Below, one piece after another: positions 24,814-36,941 of a stretch of 53,975 nucleotides of DNA (position 1 is its first letter; the number at the start of each line of letters is the position of its first letter). The translations under genes and the position numbers were made by a program. The notes under the pieces are model-generated. The model did not search any database, had not been told where the DNA came from, and worked only from the letters and a program-made list of their open reading frames with translations. The stretch is from Pelomyxa schiedti. Lineage: Eukaryota > Protista > Evosea. The DNA is taken from positions 1-53,975 of the forward strand of contig JAHLWZ010000057.1 of assembly GCA_020536535.1 (NCBI GenBank), read 5' to 3'.

Positions 24814-25058
24814 AACAACTACTACTTCTGCGTGTTATCGCTCTCTTGATGGTCTGCGGATACCAGAGTATTGGTCGGCGGAGTGACTATAGGGAAGGCC
24901 GGGGACTGGGGATAGAAATAGAAAGTTGGCTCGAGTTCGAAATTTCCAACTGCGCAGTTGGCCAAACTGACGTTCAGAATTAAATCTGCGTTTGTTCGTG
25001 AAGGCCATATTTTTTTTCCTCCGTTTTCTCGTCACTCGATCGTCCGTAGAGCGCGACC

Positions 25059-26695
25059 ATGGCCATCGGGTATGTGACACCACTCCCCTGCTATGGGTTT
25101 TTGTCCCATAATCGCACTTTGCGGCACCCGTCATCGCAAACCAAAAACCACGGTAACGGGAGTATCGCATTGTGGCGTTAGTGTGCAAAAAACGCGTTGC
25201 TTGTTATTCTCCTTATTTTTTGTTGTTGTAACGTTGTCGAAGGAAGAACAAAAAGACCGGTAAAACCGGCAAAAAGGGATCCAAGAAGCGCATGTATGCC
25301 TTCCTCTTTTTTTTCGCTCCCACAATGCAAGGGAGAGCATTTTGGCACCTTAGTCACCAAATCCCAACAGCGTCGACCCATTCACACGCAAGGAGTGGTA
25401 CAAAGTACGCGCACCAAATGTGTTCGAGAAGCCAATCTGTGGCCTCACATGTGTCAACAAGACCCAAGGAACAAGTGCGGCTACAGTTTTTTCTTTTTTT
25501 CCCCCAAACAAAAAGCCCCCCACTTTGATCCTGGATTCTGACCTCGAACCCAGAGATTGCCAGTGAGTCCTTGAAGGGAAGAATTATGGAGGTTTGCCTT
25601 GCCGATCTTCAGGGCGAGGAGGAGCTTGCATACCGAAAAATCAAGCTGCGCATTGATGACGTCAGAGGCAATGAGTGCTTGACAAATTTCCACTCCATGG
25701 ATCTCACCACTGATAAGGTGAGAATATATACCCACAACGATTTTTTTTCCAAAACACTCACTTGGCTATAGCACAAGTCACTTATCCGAAAGTGGCACAC
25801 CCTTGTGGAGGCCGGAATTGATGTCAAGACCATTGATGGGTAATTCTTTGTCTTTTTTTATTCTAATTTCGCCCTTTAATCCTCGCTCAGTTATTTCCTC
25901 CGCGTTTTCGCCATCGCACTCACAGCACGCCGCAAAAACCAGCTCTCCAAGGCCTGCTATGCCCAGTCAAGCCAAGTCCGCGCTCTCCGACGCAAAATGC
26001 GCTCTTGCATTAAGTCTCACGTCAAGAAGTGCACTCTTCAGAGATTGGTCAGCAAATTGTGCGCTAGATGTTTGTAGTTTTCCAACTCTTCTAATGTTTT
26101 TCCTAGCATCCTTGAGAGCATCAGCAAGGCAATGAAGACCGCTTGTGCAACAATTTTCCCTCTTCAAAACGTCTTTGTCAGGAAAGTCAAGATGCTTAAG
26201 ATGCCCAAGTTTGACCCCATCAACCTCGAGAAGATTCACGCACCCAAGGCCAAGAAGGAAGATGTTGGAGAAAAGGTATTCTCCCTCTCCAACCTACCGG
26301 AACTAAATACTTTTAATTCATCTTAACATACATGAAATTCCACCAGTTTCAAATCACACCCGCATTCACTCCTTTGATTCTCTGTGTACTAAAATTACTT
26401 ACAGGTTGCCACCGCTGGTCCCGAAGTTATGGCACAACAGCCACCCGGTGTTGCCAAGCCCAAGGAAAAGGCTGAGCCCATTGTTGGTGAGGCCCCAAAG
26501 CCCAAGGAAAAGAAGGCCGAAACCAAGCCCAAAGCCGCCAAGGCCCCAAAGGCTGAGAAGCCCAAGGCCGAAGCCAAGCCCAAAGTCCAGCAGGCACCCA
26601 TAGTCGGCGAGACCCCAGCCAAGAAGGCTGAACCCAAGCCAAAAGCTGAGCCCAAGCCCAAGACTGAGAAGCCAAAAGCAGCCGGCAAGTCTTGA
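25059..26695 (+). CDS. RPS3A: 40S ribosomal protein S3a (eS1) with a long Lys/Ala/Pro/Glu-rich C-terminal extension
   Basis: [97 protein letters not shown]. Confidence 0.96.
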
Positions 26696-26889
26696 AGTTG
26701 AATAATAATTCCCTCAAGAGTGTTGTTCTTCCCCTTTGCCACTGTGTGCTACCACAGCACCACAACTCTATCTTATTTTTTGGATTTTGATGAATTTTTT
26801 TTTTTATCCTACGTTGAACAGAGAGAAATCTCTCATAAATACCCAAACTTTCTTTTCAGTGAACTGCCGGCTGTGATGAAACGGCATCT

Positions 26890-29002
26890 ATGGGTGCCGG
26901 TGAAACGACTCCACTACTTATGGGAGGGTCTGGTGACACCAGCCATCGCAGCGCAACCGCCACTGAAGACGATTTCAGCAGCAGCGACAGCGATGATGAC
27001 GTAAGCAGCACAAACAGTAGCAACTCCGATGACGCAAGCGATGACGATGCAGGCGAGGGAACCAGAAAACACGAAGAATCCCCCGTTGATCGCGCTCGCC
27101 TTGGCCGTGGTAGCAGCCAAGAGTCGCCCACGAGAATTGTGGGAGTAGAAGGGATAGTACGCGGACATGTATCGTCGTCGTCATCATCATCATCATCAGG
27201 GGGGTTGGTACTGGCAATCAACCAGGCTGAGGATGATGAATGCGCCTCAGATGAGATTCTGCGAGATTCAAAGGCCGGTGGTGGTTCTGGATCACCAAGC
27301 CGACACCGCACGGGCACTGAGAGTTCTGAGAGCGAGAACGACGAGGGATCACCTTCGCGTTCCCGCTCAAGGAGGGGCACATCGGTGGCTTCACTGGCTT
27401 CGTGGAAACATGACCCAAAAAGAAGGGAGGCTGCCGCGGCTGCTAGGAGAGGGAGTTCTACATTGGCGGCAACAGGGCAGTTTGTAAAGTATGTTCCGTA
27501 CCAATTACAGTTCGTTTTTCACCGGTTCTTGCTTTGCATGTTATTTAGTGTAGGACTATGCTGGGTGCTGCTATATTATCCATGCCAAAAGCTTTTTCTG
27601 AAAGTGGGCTATGGTTGGGATTCGCCATCTTCCCGGTTGTGGCAGCCGTAGTCCTGGCTTGTATGATTATACTTCTGAAAGTATTTTATTCTCTTGCCCT
27701 TTTTTTCTTTTTTTTTTTTTTTACTCACTCACGTTCTCCAGTGCAAGCGATATGCAAATGAAGCTGCCACTGGCGATCCTTATAAAGGTCCAGGTGTGCT
27801 CCAATTTTTCTTATGGGGGTTAACCTAAGCTGTCCCACAGTCATCACTTACAAAGACGTTGGTGCGACAACAAGTTCTGTGGGGAAGTGGAGTGTACTTC
27901 TCATTATCGTGTGTATGCAGCTATGCTATTGCACTGGATGGGTTATCGTCATGTCCAACAATCTACATTCTATGTTGCCCCAGTTCTCCAGAATTATGCA
28001 GATAATCTGGGTGAGCAACACAACCTAAGTCGGCCAATATTTCCCTTTTGCACTTTCTGATTTCGCCAATAGCTCTCTCCCTTCTTGGTGTTACTTTCTT
28101 GGATCCGTTTCATCAAACAGCTTGTGTATACTTCATTCCTTGGCCTTGTGATTTACATTTTTGGGGTACTTGGTGTCAGCTACTACTATGCCATCCCAAA
28201 CCTCGACGCGGCTCATTACACTGCAACTGTGGCAATTAACTACAAGCAAGTACCGCTGTTTTTGTCCACGCTACTCTACAGTAGCGGAGCGGGGTTTAAC
28301 TCTGTGATATCCTGCGAATCCACTCTCAAGGAGCCAAAGAAGGCGTGGTTTATGGCAATATCAGGCTACCCATTTTACGCTTTGCTCGTCCTTGCCTATG
28401 GCACCATCATGTATGTAGCTGGTTATGGTTCATGCTCCATTGCTTTGGATTGTTTACCTCCTGTATGTTTTTTTCTTCCTTTTCATTCTTCTGGGTTTAT
28501 ATTTCTCAATAGGGCACACTGGTTACAGTAGTCAAAGTTCTTTTCATGGTGGCTCTTTTGGTTACATTTCCGTTGGGGCTATCCGTTGCGTTTGAGGTGC
28601 TTGAAGATGAAATTTTCTCTGATACAACGCACATTGCTGTTCGCTGCACAAGCCGAAGTGTACTTGTCATAATTACCTGTGTTGTAGCCATGCTGATGCC
28701 GGATTTTTCAACATTCTCTAATCTTGTAAGTTTCACAATCCGGAAGATGTAAAGTTATCGATAAAAGGGGAATACATTCTTGAATTAATTCAGACAAGGT
28801 TGGATCCTTACTCTTACCAATTGTGGGGTTCATATTACCGCCGTTTCTATTCTTCAAACTTGTTTTATTCCAGCCACAGGCAGAGAATTGGCGGACCTCC
28901 ATTTGGTACCTGTTGGCCTCAGCAATGATATTCATTGTTGGATTTGGTGTTTGTTTCCAAATCATCACTATATACGGCCTCATTCTAGATCTCATAAAAT
29001 AA
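26890..29002 (+). CDS. Amino-acid transporter (Aa_trans / SLC36-38 / AVT-like) with a long S/D-rich N-terminus
   Basis: TMLGAAILSMPKAFSESGLWLG; TYKDVG; CTGWVIVMSNNL; ESTLKEPKK; LLVTFPLGL; PDFSTFSNLVGS..GFILPP; multiple TM segments; N-terminal ETTPLL dileucine motif. Confidence 0.88.
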
Positions 29003-29201
29003 AGGTGTACACGACCCTTTGTTATTTGTCAGCACAAATAACCCTTGGCAGGCCCCCTTTTCTCTTTTTGTTCGAGATTCTGTTATATATTCTGTTATAT
29101 ATTCCACCCTACTACGCATCCAGAATTCAAGCTGAGAGAGTTGTGGCTTTTTTACCAAGTCAAACCGATCTGAATAAATTCATCAACGGCCCGTTTTTTT
29201 T

Positions 29202-31406
29202 ATGGGAAGCACAGCATCAACGGCACCGATTGAAACGTCGGGCACGCAGGGGAGTGGTGTCACAACGGGAAGGGGGGATTGTGGAGTGGGCACGTCGTTG
29301 AGGCTGAGGGCTCTGGAGACTGGCCTATTTGTTACCCTCCCAACCGGTTTTTGTGTTCCCGAGATAGGTTGGTTAATCGATTCATTTTTTAAAAGGAATA
29401 TTGGACAAACCTGTTGAACATTTGACTGTGGAGTGTTGGGTGTATCCCTACTATGCTTCTGGGCAATTTCCTGTATGAAATCATTGCACTCACACAATTG
29501 CTTAATATTTGATTCGGCCTCTAAAGGTGTACGTGTCAAAGTTCACCCCTGACTGGGAAGGCTTTGCTCTAATGGGAACTAAGGGTTGCTATAAGATTAA
29601 TCTGATTGATTATTTACTTCTAAAATAAAGGCTGTGAGATCTCTTTTGCCGTTCATTCATGGTCCGATATGACCTCCCCACCTTATTCTCTGCCTAAGGT
29701 CAACGTTTTTCTCTAAAATTTGCAAATAACCTCTGCAAGGATACCTGGACTCATGTGTGTGGTGTATTTGACCGAGGTGAAGCTACCTTGTAGACATCAT
29801 TCTCCCATCCAGTGGTCTTGTAACCAAAATATAGATATATTAATGGCTCCGCTCAAGGGAGGCTGACATCTACCCGAGCATTACAACCAAATTCTTCAAA
29901 CCTCTGTATTGGAAGCACCAGGCGTAGTGGGAGTGAGAATTGCTATGGATTTACAGGGAACATCAGAGACTTGAGGGTTTGGTCCTGCTCCAGATCTCCC
30001 GAGCAGGTACTCATTCCAGTGAGTACTCTTTTGTTGGTAACCAAAAGGAATGCAGATCAACGCAAATATGACAAACATCTCACGGTATGAAATGTCAAAC
30101 CTTCTGCTTTGGCTCCAACTTGGTGCATCTGGTGCATCAGAAATGAACCCATGTGACATTGGACCGTATTCACTACCCGTCACACAAACAAATCTAGTGC
30201 TTCCCGCTCGTATTACCAAAGACGAGGTTCCAAATCCTCGTTAAGAATACCATAATGAACGCCCCAAGGTTAGCTCCTTTTCCCCAAAAGAACTGGTACA
30301 CGGAAAGGCTCTACTCCTTGATAGCAGGAGCCACGGTTTACAAGTACCGAGTTGTGAAGGACTGTGCCCAAGAAGTGAACTAAGCCTTGAGTTCTGGTTC
30401 TACGTCAAGAAAGAAAACTTCACAATCCCCGATTCCGTAAACGCCAAACTTTTCACCCCTTCTTCCTGCTGATATGAACAACCAGGTTTTTGTCTCGAAG
30501 ATGGATTACTCTAAACAAAACTGTGGATATGGATTTCTTGGTTCCTCAAGTGTTTTGCTTCATGTCTTTCCAGCACAAAATAACTGTCACAAGGGACCAT
30601 TACCTTTTTTGTGAATAAATGGTTTGACTCCCCTTGTGTTGCTCCGTTTCCAGAGGTACGTGATTTGTTTGATTCTTCATAGACCCATATGTTTTTTTAC
30701 GCAGGAAAAGTGGACCCACGCCTGTGGTGTGTTCAGCAATGGCCGCAAAGAATTGTGTGTACCCAAGAATTCTACCAACCGGCTAATTTCGAACTCAACC
30801 ACCAAGATTCCTGAACGGAGAATCCGTAGCTACCAACCAAACTACCAGGTACATCAACCACTCCAAAGACCCCTTGAGAATCGGCCACTATCCGGTACTC
30901 AACTCCTTCGAACCAAATCAACCCCCGTACGGCTTTTGCGGCTTCTGCCGCGATGTTCGGGTCTGGTCCTGTGCCAGGACCCAACATCAGGTATTCTACC
31001 AATTCCCAAATCCCAAATTCAACATTCGCACCCGCACTACCTATTGCATTGCACCCACCCGAAAGCATCAAAAAGTGCCACTGCGGCATTCACTTCATTC
31101 CGTTCCGTTCCGTTCCGTTCCGTTCCATTCCCTTTGGCACCCTCAACTCAATACACTTACACTACACAGATACGGAGTAACATGTACCACCTGGGGGCAT
31201 GTGACCGGGCCGGCCTGCAAGCGTGGCTACCACTAGGCTCTAATGGATTCACACGCGACTCACCGTTGGCATTCGAATGTGACCATGGACCCAATGCCCT
31301 CCCTGTGCTCCCTGTTGGTTCCTCAACTGCTACGATATTCTACTTGATGGTGCCACCAAGCCCTGGTGTGTTTTGTGCGTTGTGCTTGTGTTCTACGTGT
31401 AGTTAG
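29202..31406 (+). CDS. Protein with two tandem LamG / concanavalin-A-like domains and an N-myristoylation-like start
   Basis: Domain 1: HLTVECWVYP..TWTHVCGVFD..YINGS..LCIGS..FTGNIRDLRVWS. Domain 2: GKALLLD..LSLEFWFY..KWTHACGVFS..FLNGE..LRIGH..FCGFCRDVRVWSCART. Starts MGSTAS. Confidence 0.75.
31092..31130. repeat. (GTTCC)n-type short tandem repeat in a LamG-gene intron
   Basis: cattccgttccgttcgttccgttccgttccattcc. Confidence 0.75.
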
Positions 31407-31613
31407 TAGTAGTAGTTCTAATCAAAACTAGTGGACTGGAGTATTGCTAGGCTGCTGTTTATTGGCAAGTACAAGAACAGCGAGAGTGAGTGTGTGTTGG
31501 CGGTGTTACCTGTGAGTGTTATTAAGAGGATACTGTACCTTCTGTAGAGAGGGATATTGCATTTTTTTTATTTTGTTTTCGTTTAAATACAGAATGGTGT
31601 GCTGTTTGTGTAT

Positions 31614-34600
31614 TTACTTGTAGACTTGTACGATTTCCCAGGTGCGTCCCTTTTGTAGTGCTTCCTGTATATCTTTTGACTTCGAAAGGAGGTATGCCAG
31701 GAATCCATCAGCCGGGAACCTAGTCACAGCCCGGTCAATGAGGTCGCGGATGTCCTTGATTGATTTTAGAGTTAGTTTGACCAGTACTGTGTAAAGAACG
31801 TGCGTACTTCAAAGTCAGCTTGGTCATGAATAGCGGTGGTGATCTCATTGGTTGTGTCACACAAAGAGCGATGGTTCCCTGTGTCAGAGAACACTTCCCA
31901 ACAAACACAGGCATTGCTCATTCCCTTGCATCTTACCAGTCCTAAAGTGTGAGTGAGTACAGCCGGGCTTTACTAGAAACTTGACTACCGAGACGCCGCA
32001 GTATTACTCCCTCTGGGATGTTGCCTGGTTCAGCAAAGGCCTGCCCAGTTACCATGGAGCGCACACCAATGTCACGTCCGAGAGATTCTATGCGAGACGC
32101 GGTGTTGACTGACTTGCCTAATACTGTATAGTTCAGCCTCATACTGCAACCAACGTTGCCAACAAGAACTTTGCCTGTCTTGTTGGTTAGCATCGATAGT
32201 GTATCTGAATTCTCATACCGGTTGCGGCCCCAGCCCTGAAAGAAAAATTTGTAATGGCATCATACTTAGATAGTACTGGGTGTTGCTTCCATTTTCCTCG
32301 CAGATTCAAGGAAATGCTGGCGGGAGGTTATAAAAATCACCAGAAGCTATTGAATATACTTCTCTAAAGCAACCAGCGCAAGCAACATGGAAGAGACGTA
32401 ATTTTGGCGTGCTATTGGAAGATTCCAGAGGCTCATAACACAATCTCCAATGTACCTTGTACAAATAAGTGATATTAACTCCCAAGGAAAGCTCACTTAT
32501 CAATGACTCCCCCATGCTCCGTAATTACAACACCAGTCTCTTGGAAGAATTCATTTACTACAACACTAACCAGTTCGGGTGGTAACTGAATGTCCGTGAA
32601 AACATGGACAGGGGAAAATGGTAAGTACCTCTTCTGTAAGAGAAGTAAAGCCAACTGAAAGATGTTAGTTAGAAATAGAGAGATAAGACAGTTGCCTATA
32701 TCAACGAAAATAACCCCAGCAGTCTTCTGCGAGAGCGACACATGTGCCTCGGAAGAAGTTGCTAACAGTGTACGGATAACTTCAGGATATTAGAATGCAT
32801 TGAGAAATTTTTGGGAAGACCTTCTGTTGGAAGGTATTTGGTGAAATCAACCATTCCTTTTTTCAGGAGTGAGAACGCTTCACTGATATTCTAGAATGAG
32901 ATCAACAACTGGAGATATGTGCGCAGGGATCTAACCTGCACTTCAGCGAGGAATGACCTTGGTGTACTCATAGAAGACGTTCGCTCTAGTCTGCTAACTT
33001 CCACCATTGCCCGGCTCATTTTATTTAGTGGATGACCAATGACATAGGCCATGACAATGGCAATCAAAAGCTTAAGGTTTACCTTTAGAAGAAGATGGCA
33101 ACTGAAAATTACATACAGCCACGATTATGACACTAGAACCAACTGCAAACACTATTATTGTAGATTTCTTGAGTTCGTTTTGGTAGTCGTCCCTGTGAAG
33201 TCTAAATACGAAAAATTTTGGGTTGGTAACTAACTTGCTTAACATGCTAATTACAACCCAGCTCATTCCATACTGGTCAGATTCAGGAACAAAGTATATC
33301 CAAAAGCTATCAATCTAAAAGCATCTTAACAACAAGCGAGAATATGTGACGTACTTGCAAAGGTGGTATTTTGGTCATATTAAAAAGATCACCAAAGTCA
33401 CTTCCATATTTCTCTTTTATTCGGCCCATTGCTTGAACAGTCACATAGTGAGTACAATTGTCAGCTTTTATCCTCCATTGGTTCAGACCCTGTCCACCAC
33501 AATGAAGTGGTGTCCCATCCGCGTTTGTCCTCGAGTGAGAGATCAAGTACCCCTCAGGATCGATTACAAACAAGAAACTTTTGGGAGTAGGCTCCAGTTT
33601 CTTTAGGGCACTATCAAGCAAAAACCATGTGGAAATTGATTCCCAAACGAAGTACGTTCTTGAATTACTATGGGAATGTTGGTAGGAGACGCGCTAGTAG
33701 CCACATACGTGATGGGAGCAACAAATAAATTATAATATCCGCACGTTGGCGTAAGTTGTTCTGGTTGTGGTTGCGTCCACTGAGGAGCTAAAATTAAATG
33801 TTACGAAACTCTCGTTAAACACTGACCAACCTGCATTCAGTGTCACACCGATCTTGTAACTGTCCGTTACAGTCATACTTACGGGATTTATTACTGTAAA
33901 AGGTGCATCGCTGATTGTATAAGAGTTGTCTGCATAATCTTCAGACATGGTGTAGCACTTAAGGAAGCATTAGGCAGGAGAAAAGCAGGATTATCCATAC
34001 GCTGAAGTCGTGAGTGGTTTCATTCAAGAAAAAAACATATTCTCCTTGTCTGGTATCAGCACCAGCAAGATTTCCGGCCACATCACTGACTCCCAGCATT
34101 CCCCCAGACCCGGAAGTCTACAAACGTTAAGAACTGCCTGAAGGTTTATTGGGAGGGTACTGGTCGGTGAACGATTGCCCAAGATAACGTTTGTACAGTA
34201 GAGACTATCTCTTTGGAGGAGAGGTAGAAAGTAGACCCATTGTTTGGAAGGTCCTTTGCCAATGATGGCATGGCCTGAGACAAAACGGCATCTGCAGCAG
34301 AATAATACAGGTTGCTTATCACAGAGTCAATTTCTAGATTGGGTTCAGTCGAAAAGTAATAAAAAAAGAAAAACAAACGTAGAGATTGCTGAGTGTATAT
34401 TTGTTGTATGGAAGTGTTGAGTCCCTCCGAAGATATTTGCCACGAAACCAGCCTGTTGTCAGTGATCAAAAACAACGCGTTGTTTTTTCGGCAGTTTTGA
34501 AGTTTGATGAGGGGCAGAGACACACCAGGGTACCAAGATGCCAAACAGAAGTAATGCCACCATCGCCAAGGCAAAAACGAGCCACGTGGGCACGACGCAT

Positions 34601-34758
34601 TTCTTGCGGCTGCTTCTGAACAAACCCCTCCCTCTTGAAGACGAGAACCAGCCCTGACTCAGGTGCGATGCACTTCCACCCGAGTGCTCTGATGCCCCCA
34701 TCGTGGACTCCAATCCAGGGGTGTTGTTGTCCTCTGGTGCTACCTTGATAGATCTCAT
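31614..34758 (-). CDS. Receptor-type class III adenylyl cyclase: TM - extracellular (Cache-like) region - TM - HAMP-like - cyclase
   Basis: GVIFVDI; VIDKYIGDCVMSLWNLP; VLVGNVGCSMRLNYTVLGKSVNTASRIES; two hydrophobic helices flanking a large loop (FLFVIDPEGYLISHS); HPLNKMSRAMVEV after TM2. Confidence 0.85.
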
Positions 34759-35110
34759 CTCTCACTCCCTTGTGTCTCGCACCCGGCTCTGCTTTTTTGT
34801 TTGTTGGTTGTTATGTTTTTTATTAATTTCCTTGCTTTCTGAATAAATGCCGTGGCGTTACGACGAGATCGACAGCAATTCCCGGCATAAAGTGAAAAAA
34901 CTTGCCCTGCTGCTAATGGACCTTGTCACTTCGGCCAGGTAACAAAAGATCCTTCTTTTTTTTGACATTCCACGTTCCACGTTCCAAACCCCGACTTTTC
35001 GCGTGCAGAAAACTCGCTCACGAAAAAAAATCACTGATGTTTCCGATCTTTTTTTCTTCTTCTGCTGTGAACCCACACAGGGTTCTGGCTTCTGGCTGTC
35101 ATTATGTGAC

Positions 35111-35364
35111 TCATAGCAGGGTTGTTTCAGTGGCAGTGACAGTGACCTTCATTGACGCGGCTATTGCAGCGACGCACTGGGCGGCGGGTTCCTGGGCCAC
35201 AGCGGGAACGCAGATGGAGGCTGTGGCTGTGGCAGATGATCCGGCCCTGGTGACCCTGACGAACCCAGCGAGGTTCCTGTCGGGCCCGAACAGCAGCTCG
35301 GTGACCATGAAGTGGTAGTCGATGGTGTGCGCCGCCACCAGCAGATTATGGGTCACGGGGAGCC
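35111..35364 (-). CDS. Second copy of the 3' (GNAT-like) exon of the acetate-CoA ligase gene, truncated by gap
   Basis: Same peptide as 36942-37195 (LPVTHNLLVAAHTIDYHF..TTLL*). Confidence 0.7.
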
Positions 35365-35464
35365 NNNNNNNNNNNNNNNNNNNNNNNNNNNNNNNNNNNN
35401 NNNNNNNNNNNNNNNNNNNNNNNNNNNNNNNNNNNNNNNNNNNNNNNNNNNNNNNNNNNNNNNN

Positions 35465-36602
35465 AGCAAAAACCATGTGGAAATTGATTCCCAAACGAAG
35501 TACGTTCTTGAATTACTATGGGAATGTTGGTAGGAGACGCGCTAGTAGCCACATACGTGATGGGAGCAACAAATAAATTATAATACCCGCACGTTGGTGT
35601 AAGTTGTTCTGGTTGTGGTTGCGTCCACTGAGGAGCTAAAATCAAATGTTATGAAACTCTCGTTAAACACTGACCAACCTGCATTCAGTGTCACACCGAT
35701 CTTGTAACTGTCCGTTACGGTCATACTTACGGGATTTATTACTGTAAAAGGTGCATCGCTGATTGTATAAGAGTTGTCTGCATAATCTTCGGACATGGTG
35801 TAGCACTTAAGGAAGCATTAGGCAGGATAAAAGCAGGATTACCCATACGCTGAAGTCGTGAGTGGTTTCATTCAAGAAAAACACATATTCTCCTTGTCTG
35901 GTATCTGCACCAGCAAGATTTCCCGCCACATCGCTGACTCCCAGCATTCCCCCAGAACCGGAGGTCTACAAACGTTAAGAACTGCCTGAAGGTTTATTGG
36001 GAGGGTACTGGTCGGTGAACGATTGCCCAAGACAACGTTTGTACAGTAGAGACTATCTCTTTGGAGGACAGGTAGAAAGTAGACCCATTGCTGGGAAGGT
36101 CCTTTGCCAATGATGGCATGGCCTGAGACAAAACGGCATCTGCAGCAGAATAATACAGGTTGCTTATCACAGAGTCAATTTCTAGAGGTTGGGTTCAGTC
36201 GAAAAATGTAAAAAAGAGAGAACAAACGTAGAGATTGCTGAGTGTATATTTGTTGTATGGAAGTGTTGAGTCCCTCCGAAGATATTTGCCACGAAACCAG
36301 CCTGTTGTTATTGATCAAAAACGTGATTTTTCTGCAGTTTTGAAGTTTGATGAGAGGACACAGACAAACCAGGGCACTAAGATGCCAAACAGAAGTAATG
36401 CCACCATCGCCAAGGCAAAAACGAGCCACGTCGGTACGACGCATTTCTTGCGGCTGCTTCTGAACAAACCCCTCCCTCTGGAAGACGAGAACCAGCCTTG
36501 ACTACTCAGGTGCGATGCACTTCCACCCGAGTGCTCTGATCCCCCCATCGTGGACTCCAATCCAGGAGTGTTGTCCTCTGGTGCTACCTTGGTAGATCTC
36601 AT
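35465..36602 (-). CDS. Second, partial copy (5' exons) of the receptor adenylyl cyclase gene
   Basis: MRSTKVAPEDNTPGLES..VVPTWLVFALAMVALLLFGILVPW and following exons parallel 33617-34758; truncated at the gap. Confidence 0.75.
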
Positions 36603-36941
36603 CTCTCGCTCTCCCTTGTGTCTGACAGACCCCTCTGTGCGTTCTGTCTGTTGCTTGTTTTTATTTTTTGGTTTCTGAATAAATGTCGTGTGGCGTTAGG
36701 TTACTACCAATCAACAGCAATTCCCGGCAGGAACCGAAAAAATCTTGCCCTGCTGCTAATGGACATTGTCACTTCGGCCTGGTAACAAAAGATCCTTCTT
36801 TTTGTTAACATTCCACGGGACAGTTCATGGCGCTCGACTTTTCCTGTGCGGAAAACTCGGAAACGAAAAAAATCAGTGATGTTTTTGATCTTTTTTTCTT
36901 CTGCTGTGAACTCTGGTTTCTTCTGGCTGTCATTATGTGAC

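Noticed and set aside
30245-30260. Separate second LamG gene starting at ATG 30255
   Set aside because: A GT-AG intron (~30230-30268) joins both domains in frame and restores the GxALxxD LamG start; one gene is more parsimonious.
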